Origin: Naegleria gruberi
Lineage: Eukaryota
Assembly (NCBI GenBank): GCA_000004985.1
Contig: GG739012.1
Reading direction: 5' to 3' (one strand)
Length of the DNA stretch: 11,321 nucleotides
Shown here: positions 8,001 through 11,321 of the stretch, in pieces
Layout: every line of letters starts with the position of its first letter
Position numbering within the stretch: the stretch's first letter is position 1
Translations under genes and position numbers: made by a program
The notes under the pieces: model-generated
What the model was told of the DNA's origin: nothing
Databases searched by the model: none
What the model saw: the letters and a program-made list of their open reading frames with translations, nothing else

Positions 8001-8979
8001 NNNNNNNNNNNNNNNNNNNNNNNNNNNNNNNNNNNNNNNNNNNNNNNNNNNNNNNNNNNNNNNNNNNNNNNNNNNNNNNNNNNNNNNNNNNNNNNNNNNN
8101 NNNNNNNNNNNNNNNNNNNNNNNNNNNNNNNNNNNNNNNNNNNNNNNNNNNNNNNNNNNNNNNNNNNNNNNNNNNNNNNNNNNNNNNNNNNNNNNNNNNN
8201 NNNNNNNNNNNNNNNNNNNNNNNNNNNNNNNNNNNNNNNNNNNNNNNNNNNNNNNNNNNNNNNNNNNNNNNNNNNNNNNNNNNNNNNNNNNNNNNNNNNN
8301 NNNNNNNNNNNNNNNNNNNNNNNNNNNNNNNNNNNNNNNNNNNNNNNNNNNNNNNNNNNNNNNNNNNNNNNNNNNNNNNNNNNNNNNNNNNNNNNNNNNN
8401 NNNNNNNNNNNNNNNNNNNNNNNNNNNNNNNNNNNNNNNNNNNNNNNNNNNNNNNNNNNNNNNNNNNNNNNNNNNNNNNNNNNNNNNNNNNNNNNNNNNN
8501 NNNNNNNNNNNNNNNNNNNNNNNNNNNNNNNNNNNNNNNNNNNNNNNNNNNNNNNNNNNNNNNNNNNNNNNNNNNNNNNNNNNNNNNNNNNNNNNNNNNN
8601 NNNNNNNNNNNNNNNNNNNNNNNNNNNNNNNNNNNNNNNNNNNNNNNNNNNNNNNNNNNNNNNNNNNNNNNNNNNNNNNNNNNNNNNNNNNNNNNNNNNN
8701 NNNNNNNNNNNNNNNNNNNNNNNNNNNNNNNNNNNNNNNNNNNNNNNNNNNNNNNNNNNNNNNNNNNNNNNNNNNNNNNNNNNNNNNNNNNNNNNNNNNN
8801 NNNNNNNNNNNNNNNNNNNNNNNNNNNNNNNNNNNNNNNNNNNNNNNNNNNNNNNNNNNNNNNNNNNNNNNNNNNNNNNNNNNNNNNNNNNNNNNNNNNN
8901 NNNNNNNNNNNNNNNNNNNNNNNNNNNNNNNNNNNNNNNNNNNNNNNNNNNNNNNNNNNNNNNNNNNNNNNNNNNNNNN
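5021..8979. other. Assembly gap of 3959 N. It contains the 5' portion of P450 number 2 (minus strand) and almost all of a vWA-domain protein gene (plus strand).
   Basis: It is an unbroken run of n. Coding sequence abuts both edges. Confidence 0.95.
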
Positions 8980-9446
8980 ATGCTGATCATTTCTATCAAT
9001 ATCTTGCTGATGAAACTGGTGGTAAGAGATTTGAACTAAAGGATATGGACTCTATGCAATCAATGTTCTTAGGTTTGTGTTATAGAGAAGCAGGTGAATT
9101 CCAAATGGTCAATCCAGACATGCAACAACATTTACAATCTTCTGATTCAGCAATTGTCAGACCTGAAGGCGAAGAATTGACAGATGAGGAATTGAAAACT
9201 ATTCACGAAGCTATCCACAACTCAACAATTTCATCAGTCACAATTAAGGGTTCTGAATATGAAATTACAACTAATGATGGTGCCTGTAGATTTGTTCGTA
9301 TTGGAGAAATTGTTTATATCGAACAAAACAAGGACAAAAAGACAAAATATGCCAAAATGGCTCTCGAAGGAAGAAAGATTACTTGGATAACACACAAAGG
9401 AAAGTGGGGCTTAATCGTTGATGACGAAATAAAGAGATCAATGTAA
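8980..9446 (+). CDS. C-terminal about 155 codons of a von Willebrand factor A (vWA) domain protein. The end of the vWA fold is followed by an uncharacterised tail of about 110 aa. The stop is TAA at 9444-9446.
   Basis: The translation is ADHFYQYLADETGGKRFELKDMDSMQSMFLGLCYREAGEFQ... and the tail ends ...KITWITHKGKWGLIVDDEIKRSM*. LADETGGKRFELKDMDSMQSMF follows the characteristic final strand and helix of vWA domains (L..LA..TGG.YF...D...L...F). I do not recognise the tail beyond that. Confidence 0.6.
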
Positions 9447-9538
9447 AGTATTTGTAATGTAATTTCTGATCAATCAGCAAATCATTCGTTTCCACTGGAG
9501 CAGATTATTGGGAATAACTTTTTGAATGTGACATAACT

Positions 9539-9800
9539 CTGAGGCTTCTAAAAAAAGGAAATTGAATAATAAAAAAATAAAAACACAATGTTCAAGTAAG
9601 ATATCTAAACTATCGACAGTATGAACTAAAAATAATGAAAAACCTCATAAAAAATGAGGTCAAAGCTGAGGATTCTAAATAAGGATATACAAATAGGTTT
9701 TAAAAAATAACAAAACAATTACCAAGATAGATATCCAAACAATCACTACAAGAAAATAAATTGTGTGAAAATTCAAGATCATAGAAAATTTCATAAAATG
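9539..9800. repeat. Diverged tandem duplication with two units of about 127 and 135 nt: U1 at 9539-9665 and U2 at 9666-9800. U1 contains a 7-bp hairpin (ACCTCAT-AAAAA-ATGAGGT) at 9642-9660.
   Basis: Both units start with CTGAGG(C/A)TTCTAAA.AAGGA. They share colinear blocks (AAAAAATAA..ACAAT; AAGATATCTAAACTATC vs AGATAGATATCCAAACAATC) and end CTCATAAAAAATG vs TTCATAAAATG. I estimate about 60-65% identity by eye. Confidence 0.55.
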
Positions 9801-9804
9801 TTAT

Positions 9805-9880
9805 CTCGAGTGCCGGGAATTGAACCCGGGTCGCCAGAGTGACAGTCACAGAACCACGTTTAGAGCCTTAATACCTTAGT
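9805..9880 (-). ncRNA. tRNA-like, Pol III-type element on the minus strand. It may be a tRNA-derived SINE head, a tRNA pseudogene or a small RNA gene. It has a canonical T-arm and B-box but an incomplete cloverleaf.
   Basis: The minus strand reads ...GGCTCTAAACGTGGTTCTGTGACTGTCACTCTGGCGAC-CCGGG-TTCAATT-CCCGG-CACTCGAG. CCGGG/TTCAATT/CCCGG is a perfect 5-bp T-stem with a GTTCAATTC T-loop, which is also the Pol III B-box GGTTCRANNCC. GTGACTGTCAC is a small variable-arm-like hairpin. A T4 run follows about 10 nt beyond the 3' end. No 5' segment complementary to the 3' acceptor strand CACTCGA lies within 90 nt upstream. Confidence 0.4.
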
Positions 9881-10385
9881 ACCATTTTTAGAAAGTAAAT
9901 TTGTTTTATTAATTCACTCTTCATTCATTGCTTCAAATTTGTTTCAACAGGTTCCTCAATACAATTAATGAAATCTCTCTTGTACATCATTTCTAATAGT
10001 TGTTGATTTTTAAACAGTTTTGTAAGCAAAGCATGAATCTAAGGTGATAATCTTTTGTATTCGGCAAAATAAATCTCGAGATGAGCGTTAAGAGGACAAT
10101 ATATTTGTTAGTGATTGAATATAAGTTTCCATCCAAATCACCAAAAAAAACTTACAGAACTTGTACAATTAATAAGTAACCTTAAAAAAAATGAGATTCG
10201 TCAGAGAGCGTCTTGAAGTGGTTATGTTATATTCCTCGAACTGGGGAGGAGGTTTGTGAGAATACTTCTTCCCAGAGTACTCCTGGTAAGGAACATTATC
10301 CACCAAATGCCTGCTTCAATGTCTTTTGGTATAAACAGCCGACGATTCAACACGGCGAAAATATTATCTGAATTTTCAACAGTAA

Positions 10386-11291
10386 AATTTCCTCATTCCA
10401 CGCAAGTACACTGTAGAATATTTTGATAATCTCAAAGCATTAGAAAGTGCTTCGGAAGGTGCTAGTGCTGTTGTTAGATTATTCTCCATGAAGAAACTTG
10501 GTGAGATCACTAAAACGGCTTCAGGATCAGGATTTTACATTCTTCCCAACACAATTATTACAAACAGCCACGTTGCTAATGAGATTGAATCCATTGGTAA
10601 GGTAAATGCGTACAACAACTCATGGAACATTAACAGTACAATCTCAGGAATGCCAAAAAAGTTAGAAACTTTGTTTTCAGGAAAAGCAATCAAATATTTC
10701 CAAATGGAAAAATCGTTTCCAGTTACCCAAAATTGGGTTGGCAGAGATCCAATTACTACCACTGTAGGAAACTTTGATTTCTTTGATATTACAGCAATGA
10801 ATTTCTCTGGTTCTCCAAATAAGGTGTTTTTCATACCCTCACCACGAATTTTGCAACCAAATGACGAAATTATTACCCTTTCGTATCCAGGAGACGAGAA
10901 TAAACCTCCTTTCTCTAGCAGTCAGAATTATGTAGACTGGGCTCCAAGTGAATCCTTCTTGAAGGACAATATCTTCAATGGTTATGGAACATTGTGTGCA
11001 AGTGTTGGAAAGATACTTCACCCCTATGATTTCACTCAAAATGGACTTGTAGAAAAAGTTGAAGACTTTTGTTACGATAAGTCCAACCAAGAGTGTTTAG
11101 CCAGTTCTGAAAGTTTAATTTTTGGAAGTTCTGGTGGTGTTATGATTTCTAAATTCTCCAAAGTGTATCACATTAAAGGATACACACTGATTGAGTTTCA
11201 CGCAGTCCATACTGGTGGAGAGTTTGTAAGATGTTCAACTTGTTTGAAACATTTTGGCTCAGCTATGGACAAAGCNTGGTTCACAGCATGA
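10386..11291 (+). CDS. Trypsin-like serine protease of the Trypsin_2 / HtrA-DegP-like chymotrypsin fold. This is the exon carrying the catalytic His, Asp and Ser. The true 5' end lies upstream and is unresolved, because the frame is open back to 10386 and the annotated Met at 10488 is internal.
   Basis: The translation ...YFDNLKALESASEGASAVVRLFSMKKLGEITKTASGSGFYILPNTIITNSHVANE matches the HtrA pattern (VVSI...GSGVII..GYVVTNNHVV). The downstream GSSGGVMI is the GxSGG catalytic serine motif. The catalytic His falls about 28 aa after the first Met, which is too close to be a real N-terminus. The ORF ends at TGA 11289-11291, but the ambiguous base at 11276 may hide a frameshift. Confidence 0.75.
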   Translation, partial: NFLIPRKYTVEYFDNLKALESASEGASAVVRLFSMKKLGEITKTASGSGFYILPNTIITNSHVANEIESIGKVNAYNNSWNINSTISGMPKKLETLFSGKAIKYFQMEKSFPVTQNWVGRDPITTTVGNFDFFDITAMNFSGSPNKVFFIPSPRILQPNDEIITLSYPGDENKPPFSSSQNYVDWAPSESFLKDNIFNGYGTLCASVGKILHPYDFTQNGLVEKVEDFCYDKSNQECLASSESLIFGSSGGVMISKFSKVYHIKGYTLIEFHAVHTGGEFVRCSTCLKHFGSAMDKXWFTA

Positions 11292-11321
11292 CACTTGGAG
11301 AATTTGTGAAAAATGTGAAAT

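Noticed and set aside
1316-9039. Very long ORFs in the supplied track: 1316..2461, 1372..2466, 4919..8986, 4923..9446, 4980..8999 and 4999..9039, giving proteins of 1300-1500 aa
   Set aside because: They are almost entirely runs of X translated from poly-N gaps. Only their extreme ends are real sequence, and those ends belong to other genes: the PLC, the second P450 and the vWA protein.
9805-9880. A complete canonical tRNA gene
   Set aside because: The T-arm is perfect, but no 5' acceptor strand complementary to CACTCGA exists upstream. The best anticodon-stem candidates pair at only 3 of 5 positions. I have downgraded it to a tRNA-like or tRNA-derived element.
9803-10083. ATCTCGAG at 9803 and 10073, which contains the CTCGAG palindrome, as possible terminal repeats of an inserted element
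   Set aside because: It is only an 8-mer, and CTCGAG is its own reverse complement. There are no flanking direct repeats or other element features, so chance is the likelier explanation.
10191-10259. ATG-initiated 22-codon ORF (MRFVRERLEVVMLYSSNWGGGL) as the protease start
   Set aside because: It terminates after 22 codons and has no signal-peptide character. Frame 1 across the same bases is longer and ends at a consensus donor, so the ATG frame is probably not the coding one. I keep it only as part of the unresolved 5' region.
10535-11090. Two minus-strand ORFs of 99 and 83 aa
   Set aside because: Both are antisense to the serine protease exon, which carries unmistakable catalytic motifs on the plus strand.
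1-11321. CRISPR arrays, operon-like co-directional gene strings, toxin-antitoxin pairs or other prokaryotic defence architecture
   Set aside because: None is present. The genes carry spliceosomal introns, eukaryotic domain families (PLC-delta, P450 with an N-terminal membrane anchor) and divergent or convergent eukaryotic spacing. The only regular repeat is the two-unit tandem at 9539-9800, which has no spacer-and-repeat periodicity.

Overview
This window is a gene-dense, AT-rich eukaryotic nuclear region from a draft assembly. It contains three N-runs at 1470-2449, 4137-4186 and 5021-8979, plus single ambiguous bases at 4229 and 11276. The genes are spliced with very short introns of about 45-54 nt and strong GT...AG signals. 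I see no prokaryotic features: no CRISPR array, no operons and no defence islands. The giant ORFs in the supplied track, such as 4919..8986 and 4923..9446, are artefacts of translating poly-N. From protein motifs and splice signals I can support the following, listed left to right. (1) The N-terminal two thirds of a cytochrome P450, on the minus strand at 84-1097, with a 45-nt intron at 39-83. (2) A delta-type phosphoinositide phospholipase C gene on the minus strand, with PH-domain exons at 2880-3141 and 2461-2825, a 54-nt intron between them, and a C2-domain terminal exon at 1198-1469. Its catalytic core lies inside the 980-N gap. (3) A bacterial-type NAD-dependent fermentative D-lactate dehydrogenase (LdhA-like) on the plus strand. 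It has exon 1 at 3622-3817, a 46-nt intron, exon 2 at 3864-4136, then a 50-N gap, and a C-terminal tail at 4187-4346. The tail carries an apparent frameshift at the ambiguous base 4229. (4) The C-terminal heme-binding exon of a second P450, on the minus strand at 4589-5020, running into the 3.96-kb gap. (5) The last about 155 codons of a von Willebrand A (vWA) domain protein emerging from that gap, at 8980-9446 on the plus strand. (6) A diverged tandem repeat of about 127 nt at 9539-9800, abutting a tRNA-like Pol III-type element on the minus strand at about 9805-9880. This element has a perfect T-arm and B-box but no pairable 5' acceptor strand. (7) A Trypsin_2/HtrA-like serine protease exon on the plus strand at about 10386-11291, whose 5' exons are unresolved. 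I cannot identify a coherent novel multi-gene system from the visible sequence. The most unusual items are the LdhA-type dehydrogenase with an internally repeated N-terminal extension, the tRNA-like element with its tandem repeats, and the 25-nt motif shared by two 3' ends. About 44% of the window is N, so any larger system would be hidden.
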